Notes: a model not told the origin generated them from the sequence alone. DNA of 53,149 nt from an uncultured Collinsella sp. (GCA_900544425.1 UQUX01000001.1:1-53149); one strand, 5' to 3'; shown: positions 19,053 to 29,046, counted from the stretch's first letter. Numbers and translations: made by a program.

Positions 19053-19856
19053 ATGGCCCACGCAACAACCCGAGCCTTCGCCGATGAGCGTCGTGCCGCC
19101 ATCATGGAAATGCTTGAGCATAATGCCTCGGTGCAGGTAGCAGAAATCGCCCAGACCTTTGGCGTGTCCTCCGTTACCGCCCGCGCCGACCTGGACGCGC
19201 TCGCCGAAGCAGGCAAGCTGCGCCGCACGCATGGCGGCGCCGTATCGCTCCACAAACGCCTAACCGTCTCCACGCAGGATCGCCGCATCAACGTCAATGT
19301 CGCCGCCAAGCAGGCCATCGCACAAAGCGCCATCGAGTTCGTCAATGACGGCGACACGCTGCTCGTCGACTCGGGCACCACGGCGCTCGAGTTCGTCCGG
19401 CTCCTCGATCAGCGCGACGCCATCACCGTCGTCACGGCCGACATTACCATTGCCGATTACATCGACGAGAGTATGCCCTCGGTCGATGTCGTCATGCTGG
19501 GCGGAGCGCTGCGCAAAGGCCATCGTTATTTGTACGGACCGCTCACTATGCAGGCGCTTCAAACGGTTCACGCCGACCTTGCCATCGTGTGCCCCGGCGC
19601 TTTTGTCCCCCGTTGCGGCTTTACGACCGACTTTCCCCAGATGGCCGAGACCAAAACGGCTATGATCGCCGCAGCCCATCAAAGCGTCGCCCTCATGGAC
19701 GCCAGTAAGGTCAACGGACGCGGCATGTACCGTTTTGCCGAGCTTGCCGACGTCGACACCATCGTGATGGACTGTGATCCCGATGGCGCCGTCGCCACCT
19801 CAATCGCCGAGACCGCCGACGACGCCCGCCCGAATCTCGTCATCGCCGGCGCTTAA
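19053..19856 (+). CDS. DeoR/GlpR-family regulator
   Basis: Start ATG 19053 (RBS GGAG); HTH VS..TARADL..L, RTHGGA, DSGTT. Confidence 0.9.
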   Translation: MAHATTRAFADERRAAIMEMLEHNASVQVAEIAQTFGVSSVTARADLDALAEAGKLRRTHGGAVSLHKRLTVSTQDRRINVNVAAKQAIAQSAIEFVNDGDTLLVDSGTTALEFVRLLDQRDAITVVTADITIADYIDESMPSVDVVMLGGALRKGHRYLYGPLTMQALQTVHADLAIVCPGAFVPRCGFTTDFPQMAETKTAMIAAAHQSVALMDASKVNGRGMYRFAELADVDTIVMDCDPDGAVATSIAETADDARPNLVIAGA

Positions 19857-19861
19857 ACAAA

Positions 19862-19898
19862 AACCACCACAAAGGTGCCTGTCCCCTTTGTGGTGGTT
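19862..19898. repeat. REP-like hairpin or bidirectional terminator with a CCTGTCCCC core
   Basis: AACCACCACAAAGG-TGCCTGTCC-CCTTTGTGGTGGTT between convergent genes; related hairpin at 6582-6608. Confidence 0.6.
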
Positions 19899-19930
19899 GT
19901 GATGGCTGAGCGTCAAAAGTGAACGTGTCG

Positions 19931-21091
19931 CTACTTGGAAAGCTCGTCGGCGAGGGCCTCGATCTGAGCGCGCGAGGCGTCGTTGAGCGAACCCAGCACG
20001 GTCACCTTGTTCTGCGCCAGAGTGATGTCCTTCATACCCTCGAGCTCCTTGGTCATAACCTTGGCGGCAGCGGGCGCCCAGGAGCCGGCCTCGACAAGCG
20101 CCACCGTACGATTCTGATAGGCGTGCCCGGCAAGCGTGTGGATAAAGGTGCTCATGAACGGGAAGATCTCGCCCTGATAGGTGATGGAAGCGAGCACCAG
20201 GCGGTCGTAGCGGAACGCATCCTCAACGGCCTCGGCCATATCGTCGCGAGCCAGGTCAAAGACGGAAACCTTCTGGCCGCGAGCCTCAAGCGCAGATGCG
20301 AGTTCCTCGACGGCAGCCTTCAGATGGCCATACACGCTCGCATAGGCAATCGTGATGCCCTCGTCCTCGGGCTGATAGCTCGACCAGGTGTTATAGGTGT
20401 CGAGGTAGTAGCCCAGGTTCTCGGTCAGCACGGGGCCGTGGAGCGGACAGATGATCTGGATGTCCAGGTCGGCGGCCTTCCTGAGCACGGCCTGCACGAA
20501 CTTGCCGAACTTACCGACGATGCCAAAGTAGTAGCGGCGTGCTTCGCAAGCCCAGCCCTCGGGATCCTCGATGTCGTTAGCACCGAACTTGCCAAAGCCG
20601 TCGGCACTAAAGAGCACCTTGTCGGTGGACTCGTAGGAGAAGAGCACCTCGGGCCAGTGCACGTTGGGAGCACCGACAAACGTCAGGCTGTGGCCGCCCA
20701 GGTCGAGCACATCGCCCTCTTTGACGACCATCTTGCGCTCGGGGAAGTCGGTGCCAAAGTAGTTGACCATCATGCGGAAGGCGCCCATGCTTGCCACGAT
20801 CTGCGCCTGGGGATAGCGCTCCATAAAGGCAGCGATGCCGGCGGAGTGATCGGGCTCCATGTGATGGATAACCAGGTAATCGGGCGTACGACCATCGAGC
20901 ACGGCCACGAGGTTGCCGAGCCACTCGTCGACAAAGTCAGCGTCAACCGAATCGGCGACAGCGATTTTATCGCCCAAGATAACGTAGCTGTTGTATGCCA
21001 TACCGTTCTCGGACACATCGTACTGGCCCTCGAACAGGTCAATGTCGTGATCGTTAACGCCAATGTAGCGGATATCCTTGGTGATCTCCAT
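19931..21091 (-). CDS. fprA: FprA-type flavodiiron protein (metallo-beta-lactamase + flavodoxin domains)
   Basis: Start ATG 21091; YNSY, HHMEPDHS, HWPE, FSADGFG, PLHG, YASVYG, GSW. Confidence 0.9.
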   Translation of the reverse strand: MEITKDIRYIGVNDHDIDLFEGQYDVSENGMAYNSYVILGDKIAVADSVDADFVDEWLGNLVAVLDGRTPDYLVIHHMEPDHSAGIAAFMERYPQAQIVASMGAFRMMVNYFGTDFPERKMVVKEGDVLDLGGHSLTFVGAPNVHWPEVLFSYESTDKVLFSADGFGKFGANDIEDPEGWACEARRYYFGIVGKFGKFVQAVLRKAADLDIQIICPLHGPVLTENLGYYLDTYNTWSSYQPEDEGITIAYASVYGHLKAAVEELASALEARGQKVSVFDLARDDMAEAVEDAFRYDRLVLASITYQGEIFPFMSTFIHTLAGHAYQNRTVALVEAGSWAPAAAKVMTKELEGMKDITLAQNKVTVLGSLNDASRAQIEALADELSK

Positions 21092-21220
21092 CAGGCAAAG
21101 CCTCCTAGATAGACAAAAGAGCCCGTCTATCATAGCACTCGTCTTCATAGCCACGGCTATCTGCCAGCATCCTTATCGATTGTTATTGAGGCGGAATATA
21201 TCGCCATTGACCTGCAAAAA

Positions 21221-22252
21221 CTATGTGCGCGGAGCTGCCGTGGTATGTCGAACGATAAGCTGGCCGGGAATACGAATGGCAACGGTTTTGTCCGTTGCCC
21301 CCGCCTTGGGAACCGCGTGCTCGAACACCTCGCGTCCACGCTGATGCAAATCGAATCGAACGGTCGTGAGCTCGTTGTGTGCCACAAAATCATCGAGCGA
21401 ATCGTCGACGCCCACCACGCTCACGTCCTCGGGCACGCGCAGACCGCTATCGCGCAGCGCTGCAATCGCGCCATTTGCCATCTGGTCGTTTGCCGCGTAA
21501 ATCGCCGTCATGGTGCGATCGTGCTCGGCCAGGTACCTGCCGGCCTCGTAGCCGCTGTTGGCAGACCAGTCGCCCTCGAGCGGCTCTGCCGGCTCGATGT
21601 GTTTACGCTCGAGTGCATCCTGCCAACCGGCGCGACGAAATTGCTCGTCGACCGAGAATGACGGGCCGCCAATATAGCGAATCTGCTCGTGCCCTAGCTC
21701 AAACAGGTGATCCATAAGCAATAGCGAGCAGCCGTAATGATCGGAGTCGACCGTGGTCACCCGCGGGTGCGCGTACATGGTAACGATGACCGTGCCAATG
21801 CCCGGCAGTGGATCAAACGTCTCAAAATCGGGCGCCATGCGACTCATGCCGATGATGATGCCGTCCACCGGCAATGCGGCCATACGACGCGTGGCCTCGG
21901 CAAGCGAAAACTCCTCGGTCTTGGACATCTCGACCAGCGTGATGGCACAATTATGCTCACGAGCAGCGCTGGCGATGCCGTCGATCATTGAGAGGTTGCC
22001 GAACTTGGTCACATCGTTGACGCACAGGCCGACCGAATGGTAACGGCCGTCGCGCAGCGAGCGACCGGCATAACTCGGACGAAAGCCGAGCTCTTGCATC
22101 GCGGCCTGTACGCGCTGGCGCGTCTGCTCGTTCACATTGGGCAAGCCGTTGGCAACGCGCGAGACCGTCTGCTGCGAAACGCCGGCAGCGCGGGCGACGT
22201 CGGCCATGGAGACCGGACGCGAACTGGTATCGTTGGACGGGCGCCTTGCCAC
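21221..22252 (-). CDS. LacI-family regulator 1 (divergent from galKT)
   Basis: MADVARAAGVSQQTVSRV HTH; GDWS, ANDQMA, VPEDVSVVGVDD. Confidence 0.93.
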   Translation of the reverse strand: MARRPSNDTSSRPVSMADVARAAGVSQQTVSRVANGLPNVNEQTRQRVQAAMQELGFRPSYAGRSLRDGRYHSVGLCVNDVTKFGNLSMIDGIASAAREHNCAITLVEMSKTEEFSLAEATRRMAALPVDGIIIGMSRMAPDFETFDPLPGIGTVIVTMYAHPRVTTVDSDHYGCSLLLMDHLFELGHEQIRYIGGPSFSVDEQFRRAGWQDALERKHIEPAEPLEGDWSANSGYEAGRYLAEHDRTMTAIYAANDQMANGAIAALRDSGLRVPEDVSVVGVDDSLDDFVAHNELTTVRFDLHQRGREVFEHAVPKAGATDKTVAIRIPGQLIVRHTTAAPRT

Positions 22253-22345
22253 AGGATCACCTTCACCCTTGCGAGATCTGAATAGCGTGAATGCCGGCCC
22301 GGGCAGAAATACATCCCGCGCCGAGGCCCGCTATCGTCGGACGCA

Positions 22346-22550
22346 TGTTAACGTACTCTACTTTTTCTATCTGCATCTCTTCTGCTTTATAAGTCCATAC
22401 GGCAGTACCGTTCACGGCTGTATTTCTACCGATCACCAGATTCTCAAAAAGTGACAAGCGTTGTGTTATGAGTACGTTAACATAGCCCGTAACGTGCGGT
22501 ATCGTGAACACTTGGTTCATACCGCTTCAAGTTGTTAACGTACTCATAAC
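22346..22550. promoter_or_regulatory. LacI-type operators TGTTAACGTACTCA (3 copies) in the lacI1/galK interval
   Basis: 22346 TGTTAACGTACTC; 22465-22482 GTTATGAGTACGTTAACA and 22533-22550 TGTTAACGTACTCATAAC are exact inverted copies. Confidence 0.75.
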
Positions 22551-22590
22551 GACGCAAAACTCATCCGTGCGCGCCAAGGAAAGGACTCCC

Positions 22591-23796
22591 ATGACCACCA
22601 CCGACGAAAAGACATTCGCCACGCTCACCAAGCTATTTGAGAAGGAGTTTGGGCCCATCGGCGATCGCCAGGTGCTCTATGTGCACGCACCCGGCCGTTC
22701 CGAGATCAGCGGCAACCACACCGACCACGAGGGTGGCCACGTTATCGCCGGCTCGCTCGATGTCGCCGTTGACGGCATTGCCGTGGCGACCGACTCCAAC
22801 AAGATTCGCGTCGCCGACGAGGGCTATCCTACGTTTGAGATCACGCTCGACACGCTGGATATTCAAGAGTCCGAGAAGGGCACGTCCGCGAGCCTCGTCC
22901 GCGGCATGGCCCACGAAATCGCTGCTCTGGGCGTTGAGCCCCAGGGCTTCGACTTCGCCTTCACCTGCTCCGTCCCCTCGGGCGGCGGCCTTTCGAGCTC
23001 CGCTGCTGTCGAGGCGGCATACGGTCGCGCCATGGAGGCGCTCTGGGGCGCACCAGCCATCGAGCCCGTCGCGCTCGCCCAGATGAGCCAACGCACCGAA
23101 AACAACTATTACGGCAAGCCCTGCGGTCTGATGGACCAGGCCGCCGTTTGCTTGGGCGGCCTCGCCTACATGGACTTTGAGGACCAGACTCAGCCTAAAA
23201 CCCAGAAGCTCGAGCTCAACTTTGAGGATCACGGTTATGCGCTCGTGCTCGTTAAGGTTGGCGCCGACCATGTGGCCGCCACCGATGACTACGCCGCCGT
23301 TCCGCGCGAGATGCAGGACGTCGCTGCCGAGTTCGGCAAGGCACGCCTGTGCGAGGTAAACGTGGCGGACTTTGACGCCAAGCTCCCCGAGCTGCGCGCC
23401 AAGCTGGGCGACCGCGCCTGCCTGCGCGCCGTTCACTACTGGTACGAAAACGGCCTGGTCGATAAGCGCTGGGCCGCCCTGAACGCCGGCGACATCGATC
23501 AGTTCCTGGTCCTGACGCGCGAGTCCGGCGCCAGCTCTGCCATGTACCTACAGAATGTCGTTGCCAAGCTGGGCTCCGAGCAGCCCTCGATGTATGCCCT
23601 GGCACTGGCCGAGCACGTGCTCGACGGCCGTGGCGCCGTCCGTATCCACGGTGGCGGCTTTGGTGGCACCATCCAGGCCTTCGTGCCGCTCGACCTGGTC
23701 GACACCTTCATCGCCAAGATGAACGGCTGGCTGGGCGAGGGCTCTGCCCGCCACTACGCAATTTCTGACAAGGGGGCTTACGCGGCATGGCTGTAA
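22591..23796 (+). CDS. galK: Galactokinase
   Basis: Start ATG 22591 (RBS AAGGA); APGRSEISGNHTDH, PSGGGLSSSAA, CGLMDQ, RIHGGGFGG. Confidence 0.93.
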   Translation: MTTTDEKTFATLTKLFEKEFGPIGDRQVLYVHAPGRSEISGNHTDHEGGHVIAGSLDVAVDGIAVATDSNKIRVADEGYPTFEITLDTLDIQESEKGTSASLVRGMAHEIAALGVEPQGFDFAFTCSVPSGGGLSSSAAVEAAYGRAMEALWGAPAIEPVALAQMSQRTENNYYGKPCGLMDQAAVCLGGLAYMDFEDQTQPKTQKLELNFEDHGYALVLVKVGADHVAATDDYAAVPREMQDVAAEFGKARLCEVNVADFDAKLPELRAKLGDRACLRAVHYWYENGLVDKRWAALNAGDIDQFLVLTRESGASSAMYLQNVVAKLGSEQPSMYALALAEHVLDGRGAVRIHGGGFGGTIQAFVPLDLVDTFIAKMNGWLGEGSARHYAISDKGAYAAWL

Positions 23797-25415
23797 TGAC
23801 TGACGTGCGCGAGGCCGCGCAGAACCTGATCGAGTACGCTATCCACCGATCGATGATCGGACAGGACGATCGCATCTGGGCCTACAACACCATTCTGGAG
23901 TGCATCGGCGCCACGGGTCCCGCGCTCGACATGACCTGGGCGCTCCAGGTTGAGAAACTCTCGCTCTTGCATCCCGATACCCTCCCCGACTTTGACCTGG
24001 AGGGCACGCTTGCCGCGCTTTCCGAGGCTGCCGTCGCAAACGGTGCTGCCGAGGACACGGCGTCGGGCCGCGACCGCATCGCCATGCGCATCATGGGCGC
24101 GCTCATGCCGAGGCCTTCGGTTGTAAACGAGGAGTTCAACGGCCGCATGGGCGTCGACGAGCCCCGCGCCGCGACCGACTGGTTCTACGGCCTATGCTGT
24201 GACGCCGGCTACGTGCGCCGCGCCGCCATCGCGCGCAACATCAAATGGAGCACCCCCACCAACTGGGGCGACCTCGAGATCACTATCAACCTGTCGAAGC
24301 CCGAGAAGGACCCGCGCGATATCGCCGCGGCAGGTGCAGCCAAGAACACGGGCGAGAAGTATCCCGCCTGCCAGCTCTGCATCGAAAACGAGGGCTATCC
24401 CGGACGCTCCGCCGCAGCCGACGGCGGCGCCCATCCCGCCCGCCAGAACCTACGCGTTATCCCCATTCAGCTCAACGACGAGCGCTGGGGCTTCCAGTAC
24501 AGCCCGTACGCATACTTTAACGAGCACTGCATTGCTATGAGCTCCGAGCATCGCCCGATGCACGTCGACCGCAAGGGGCTGACCTGCCTGCTCGATTTTG
24601 TGGACCTGTTCCCGCACTACTTTATTGGCTCCAACGCCGACCTGCCCATCGTGGGCGGCTCGATTCTGTCGCACGACCACTTCCAGGGCGGCGCGCACGA
24701 GTTCCCCATGATGCATGCCGCCGAGGTCTCGCAGTTTAGCGTGCCCGGCTTTGACCAGGTCAGCGGCACCGTGTTGCAGTGGCCGCTTTCGGTGCTGCGA
24801 CTGCGCTCGCACGACCGCACCCAGCTGCTCGATGCTGCCGAGAAGATTATCCTCGCCTGGCGCGAGTGGACCGATGAGTCGGTGGGCGTTATCGCACACA
24901 CAGCCGACGGCGTAGCGCACAACACCGTAACGCCCGTCATCCGCCGCGTCGACTCCCGCGGCAACGCCGGCGGCGAAATCTACGAGGCCTACCTGGCGCT
25001 TCGCTGCAATATCACGACCGACGAGCATCCGCTGGGCGTATTCCACCCGCATGCCGAGTACCACCACATTAAAAAGGAGAACATCGGCCTGATCGAGGTC
25101 ATGGGCCTGGCAATTCTGCCGCCGCGCCTGGTTCCCGAGCTTGGCGCTGTCCGCGAGCATCTGCTGGCAGCCAAGGCCGATGCCAGCTACGACCTTGCCG
25201 GTGCACTCGAGGGCGATGATCTATGCCGCAGCCACGCCGCATGGGCCGAGGATGTCTATGCCCGCCGCGCCAACGAGCTTACAGCCGACAACGCCATCGA
25301 TATCCTGCACGAGGAGGTCGGCGTGGTGTTTGGCCACGTGCTCGACAACGCCGGCGTCTTTAAGTGGGACGAAGCCGGCCGCGCCGCCCAACAGCGCTTT
25401 ATCGACTCGCTATAG
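23787..25415 (+). CDS. galT: Galactose-1-phosphate uridylyltransferase (type II)
   Basis: ITINLSKPEKDP, YPACQLC.ENEG, QYSPY.YFNEH, GSNADLPIVGGSILSHDHFQGG, HIKKENIGLIEVMG. Confidence 0.95.
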   Translation: MAVMTDVREAAQNLIEYAIHRSMIGQDDRIWAYNTILECIGATGPALDMTWALQVEKLSLLHPDTLPDFDLEGTLAALSEAAVANGAAEDTASGRDRIAMRIMGALMPRPSVVNEEFNGRMGVDEPRAATDWFYGLCCDAGYVRRAAIARNIKWSTPTNWGDLEITINLSKPEKDPRDIAAAGAAKNTGEKYPACQLCIENEGYPGRSAAADGGAHPARQNLRVIPIQLNDERWGFQYSPYAYFNEHCIAMSSEHRPMHVDRKGLTCLLDFVDLFPHYFIGSNADLPIVGGSILSHDHFQGGAHEFPMMHAAEVSQFSVPGFDQVSGTVLQWPLSVLRLRSHDRTQLLDAAEKIILAWREWTDESVGVIAHTADGVAHNTVTPVIRRVDSRGNAGGEIYEAYLALRCNITTDEHPLGVFHPHAEYHHIKKENIGLIEVMGLAILPPRLVPELGAVREHLLAAKADASYDLAGALEGDDLCRSHAAWAEDVYARRANELTADNAIDILHEEVGVVFGHVLDNAGVFKWDEAGRAAQQRFIDSL

Positions 25416-25469
25416 AGCACGGGCCCGAACGTTCAACAGCAGCCCGCACGACATAACCACCTACACGAC

Positions 25470-25510
25470 AACGGTGCCCGCCGGCAACATCGCCGGCGGG
25501 CGCCGTTTTT
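25470..25510 (+). terminator. Terminator after galT
   Basis: AACGGTGCCCGCCGGC...GCCGGCGGGCGCCGTTTTT. Confidence 0.8.
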
Positions 25511-25515
25511 GAGTG

Positions 25516-25584
25516 TAGTCATTGGGGTCATTCTTAAGGGGCGTTCTTAAACGACTAGTCATTAAAGAGCGTCCCCAATGACTA
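25516..25584. repeat. TAGTCATTGGGG/CCCCAATGACTA palindromic repeat cluster
   Basis: Terminal inverted repeat; internal GTTCTTAAACGACTAGTC recurs inverted at 30198-30215, followed there by GTCCCCAATGACTA; CCAATGACTA also at 7925. Confidence 0.65.
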
Positions 25585-25620
25585 CTTGCGACCAAGGCAA
25601 CGCCGGTGTCTTGGCAACGA

Positions 25621-25765
25621 CAGCGAAAACGCCCCTAAGCGAGCAAGGTGACGTGAAAGAGGAGGGCATTGAGCTTTTGGTCATGCCCGACGATTGAACG
25701 TCAGATTGCCGCTTAGGGGCGTTTGCAGCGTCGAGCCGTTACGCGGTTTGGTAAAACCGCGTAAC
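25621..25765 (-). repeat. Structured dispersed repeat, family A, copy 3 (inverted, next to the lacC stop)
   Basis: Reverse complement has outer stems like copy 2 and an inner hairpin like copy 1. Confidence 0.9.
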
Positions 25766-25766
25766 C

Positions 25767-26702
25767 CTACAGTTCAGTCACGACAACACTGTTGTAGACC
25801 TCGTCCCAGCGGTCCATGACCAGGTGGCCGGTCTTGGGATCCATGGCGTTGAGCTTGCCGCAGGTATTGGCGGTCTTGAGCACCGTGACGTCGTCGACAC
25901 CAGCCGCAATGGCATGCGCAAAGCCGGCGATGGTCGAGTCGCCGGAACCCGTCGCGTTCACAGCCGTAATCGCGGGCGTCTTGGTGCGGAACGCGCGACC
26001 CTCATGGAAGCCCACCGAACCGGCAGCGCCCATCGAAACGACAACCCAGGGAATACCGTCAAAGCGGCCATCGCCGGCAAGCGCCTCGCGCAGGGCATCG
26101 ACATCATCGGTCGTAAAGGACGTACCCAGCAGGCCGTTAATCTCGGTCAGGTTGGGCTTTACGAGCTCAGGCTTAGCGTCAGACTCCAGCGCGGCCTCCA
26201 GCGATGCACCCGAGGTGTCGAGCAGCACCTTGGCGCCCGCCTCCTCGGCGATCTTGACGAGCTCGGCATAGTAGCCGGCATCGACACCACGCGGCAGCGA
26301 GCCCGAAAGCGTCACAACGTCCGCCTTCGCTGCAAGCTCGGCGAACTTGGCCGTAAAGGCCTCGAGCTCGGCCGGGGTGATCTGCGGGCCGCTCTCCAGC
26401 AGCTCGGTCTGATTACCCTCGTGCAGGATATTCAGGCAAATGCGCGTCTCGCCGGCAATGGGCACAAAGTCGTTCTTGACGCCATCGGCATCCATAAGCT
26501 CGGCCATATAGGCACCCATGTGTCCGCCGAGCAGACCGGTCGCGAGCACATCGTCGCCCAACTGCAGCAGCACACGGCTCACGTTGAGGCCCTTGCCGCC
26601 AGCGGTCTTTTCGGGCGTCACACGGTTAACATCGTCGATGATCAACTTGTCGAGCTGATAGCGCGTATCAATCGACGGGTTCATGGTAACGGTCAGAATC
26701 AT
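25767..26702 (-). CDS. lacC: Tagatose-6-phosphate kinase (PfkB family)
   Basis: MILTVTMNPSID, AGGKGLNV, SGSLP, KPN..E, NATGSGDS; in an operon with lacAB. Confidence 0.88.
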   Translation of the reverse strand: MILTVTMNPSIDTRYQLDKLIIDDVNRVTPEKTAGGKGLNVSRVLLQLGDDVLATGLLGGHMGAYMAELMDADGVKNDFVPIAGETRICLNILHEGNQTELLESGPQITPAELEAFTAKFAELAAKADVVTLSGSLPRGVDAGYYAELVKIAEEAGAKVLLDTSGASLEAALESDAKPELVKPNLTEINGLLGTSFTTDDVDALREALAGDGRFDGIPWVVVSMGAAGSVGFHEGRAFRTKTPAITAVNATGSGDSTIAGFAHAIAAGVDDVTVLKTANTCGKLNAMDPKTGHLVMDRWDEVYNSVVVTEL

Positions 26703-26755
26703 ATTGAACTCCTGTTCCGGGGCGGCATGACCCACCCCAAACATACGATAGCTCG

Positions 26756-27637
26756 TTAAAGGATCTCGATCTCAAAGCCACGGGTGACGGTCTCCCCCGG
26801 CTTGGCCACCAGGCAGCCACGCTTGTGCTCCAGGATATCGTCCTCATCGGAGCAGGTGGACAGGCCGCCCCACGGTTCCACGGCCACAAAGTCGCCCTCG
26901 GGCTTGCTCCACACAATCAGGTACGGCATATCGGGGAACGTCAGGCGCACGCCCTTGTCCTCGGTTTTCTTGGTCAGCGTAACCACGCGGCTCTCGAGCA
27001 CGTCAAAGATGGTCTCCGCGAAGTCGAAGAGTTCGTGGGTAAGCGGCAGGTTCTGGCCAATCATGGGGTTCTTGCTGCGACGCTCAACATCAATCAGGCC
27101 CGTCGAGGGAACGGCAGTGCAGAGCTCGGCGGCCTCGCGCTGCTCAAAACGGAGCTCGTAGTCGTCATAGGATTCGCCCTCGTCAAGTGGGCACTTAAAG
27201 CCGGGGTGACCGCCCACAAAGAACGGCATGTCCTCGGTGCCCTCATTGGTCACCTCGTACGATACGGCCACCTTTTCCGAATCGATCGTGTAACGAGCAA
27301 CGATTTTAAACGGATACGGGTACTGCTCGAGCAACTCGGCATGGTCGGCAGAGCTTAGGCTCAGCGCGACCATGTTGTCGCTCTGCTCCTCGAGCTTCCA
27401 CTCCTGTTTGCGAGCAAAGCCGTGACGGGCAAGCTTGACCTCGCGGCCGCCCATGGTCATTGCGTGACCGTCTCGAAGGCCGCCGCAGATCGGGAAACAA
27501 ATGGGCGCCTGGCCCGACCACACCGCCGGGTCGCCCTGCCACAGGTACTCACGGCCGTTGGCCGCAATAGAAGTGAACGATCCGCCAGCCGTGCTCAGTG
27601 CTACGCGGATAGAACCGTTATCAAGAACAAACTCCAT
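26756..27637 (-). CDS. lacX: LacX-like aldose 1-epimerase family protein
   Basis: YLWQGDP..W...APICFP..G, HGFAR, GGHPGF, FVAVEPW.G. Confidence 0.85.
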   Translation of the reverse strand: MEFVLDNGSIRVALSTAGGSFTSIAANGREYLWQGDPAVWSGQAPICFPICGGLRDGHAMTMGGREVKLARHGFARKQEWKLEEQSDNMVALSLSSADHAELLEQYPYPFKIVARYTIDSEKVAVSYEVTNEGTEDMPFFVGGHPGFKCPLDEGESYDDYELRFEQREAAELCTAVPSTGLIDVERRSKNPMIGQNLPLTHELFDFAETIFDVLESRVVTLTKKTEDKGVRLTFPDMPYLIVWSKPEGDFVAVEPWGGLSTCSDEDDILEHKRGCLVAKPGETVTRGFEIEIL

Positions 27638-27756
27638 AGGAGCCTTCCCTTTCTTACGACAGCCCGCCAAGTCAATAGGGCTGATAGAAAACCGGCCCGC
27701 GCCCCCTCACAGAAACGCGAGCCGTCAACGGACTAGTTAATTACGCCGAATACCCG

Positions 27757-28281
27757 CTAATCATGGTATTCGCCGCGGTCCCACTTCTCGAGGAACTCGT
27801 CAAAGAAGTGCGGGTCAGCCTGAGCCTCGGCGTCGGCCTTATTGCAGGCATCGATCTTGGCGATCAGGGCATCGTGCTCGGGGGTCTTCTCGTAGGGCTC
27901 CTCCAGGAAGGCAAGCATAATATCGGCCATCAGGAACTCGCCGGTGATCTTGCCGCCAAAGCCCACGATGTTGGCGTTGAGCTCACGACGGGCATACAGG
28001 GCAGAGGTCATGTCGCGGACCAGGGCGCAGCGGGCGCCGGGAACCTTGTTGACGGCGTTGGTGATGCCAATGCCGGTGCCGCACAGGGCCACGCCAAAGT
28101 CGGCCTTGCCGCTGGCAACAGCCTCGCCCACGGCCTTACCGTAGATGGGATAGTGCGTACGGGTGTGGCTGTAGGTGCCGCAGTCGAGCACCTTGTAGCC
28201 AGCCTGCTCCAGGCGGTCGGCCAGATAGATCTTCTCGTCCGTAACGATATGGTCGCAACCGATTGCGATGGTCTTCTTCAT
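27757..28281 (-). CDS. lacB: Galactose-6-phosphate isomerase subunit B
   Basis: [46 protein letters not shown]. Confidence 0.96.
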   Translation of the reverse strand: MKKTIAIGCDHIVTDEKIYLADRLEQAGYKVLDCGTYSHTRTHYPIYGKAVGEAVASGKADFGVALCGTGIGITNAVNKVPGARCALVRDMTSALYARRELNANIVGFGGKITGEFLMADIMLAFLEEPYEKTPEHDALIAKIDACNKADAEAQADPHFFDEFLEKWDRGEYHD

Positions 28282-28344
28282 CAGAACGTCCTTTCGTCTG
28301 AATTCACAAGTTGAGGTAGAAGTTCGAGTTCTCGGTGGCTCTCG

Positions 28345-28773
28345 TTAGGCCATCTTGTTGAGCATGTCGACACGGATCTGGTGACGGCCGCCGGCGTACT
28401 GGGCGCGCAGGAACTCGCGGGCGATCTTCTTGGCGACCTCGGTGCCCACAACGCCCGGGCCCATGGTGACCATGCGCGAGCCGTTGTGCTCGCGGGTCAT
28501 GTAGGCGGAACGCTCGTCGGAAATGTTGGCGACGACCATGCCCTTAATCTTGACGGCGGCCATATAGGAGCCGACGCCGTACTTATCGAATGCGAAGCCC
28601 TGGGAATCCTTGTGCTCCAGCAGGTCCTTGGCAACGGCGGTCGCGGAATCGACAAAGTCCGCGGTAGGGGTCTCGGAATAGTCGACGACCTCGTGACCGT
28701 CGGCGATGAGCATCTCCTTGATGGACTCCTTCATCGACATACCGTCGGCATCGGAAGCGATTACAACCCTCAT
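28345..28773 (-). CDS. lacA: Galactose-6-phosphate isomerase subunit A
   Basis: KIKGMVVA..SDERSAYMTREHN, Y.GGRHQIRVDMLNKM. Confidence 0.96.
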   Translation of the reverse strand: MRVVIASDADGMSMKESIKEMLIADGHEVVDYSETPTADFVDSATAVAKDLLEHKDSQGFAFDKYGVGSYMAAVKIKGMVVANISDERSAYMTREHNGSRMVTMGPGVVGTEVAKKIAREFLRAQYAGGRHQIRVDMLNKMA

Positions 28774-28867
28774 GACATCCTCCTTGAGAGATACGCAGGT
28801 GCGTAGTTTCTGTTTGGAAGTGTTGAATCGCGTTCAGGTCCGGGCATCTGAATGTGCGGTTCTTCAC

Positions 28868-28942
28868 TGTTCGTGTTTATTTGAACACATTCGAACATTA
28901 ACTGCAACAACTATTTGTTTATCTTTGTTCTTTTTTGAACAA
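28868..28942. promoter_or_regulatory. Probable DeoR/LacR sites (RAACA/TGTTY repeats about 10 bp apart) upstream of lacA
   Basis: TGTTCGTGTTT, TTGAACACATTCGAACA, TTGTTTATCTTTGTTC; similar pairs upstream of lacF (30803-30819, 30884-30900) and between lacR and galM (51785-51802). Confidence 0.55.
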
Positions 28943-29004
28943 ATACCATTCACAGGCGATTGCTGACCGTTTGGGCCCGGCGCGGACGTAGCGACCATGT
29001 GTTC

Positions 29005-29046
29005 AACAAACAAAAGGGCGGCCGAGAACGTGCCTCGGCCGCCCTT
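29005..29046 (-). terminator. Terminator of the hypothetical membrane-protein gene
   Basis: AAGGGCGGCCGAG/CTCGGCCGCCCTT stem with a T-rich tail on the minus strand. Confidence 0.75.
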
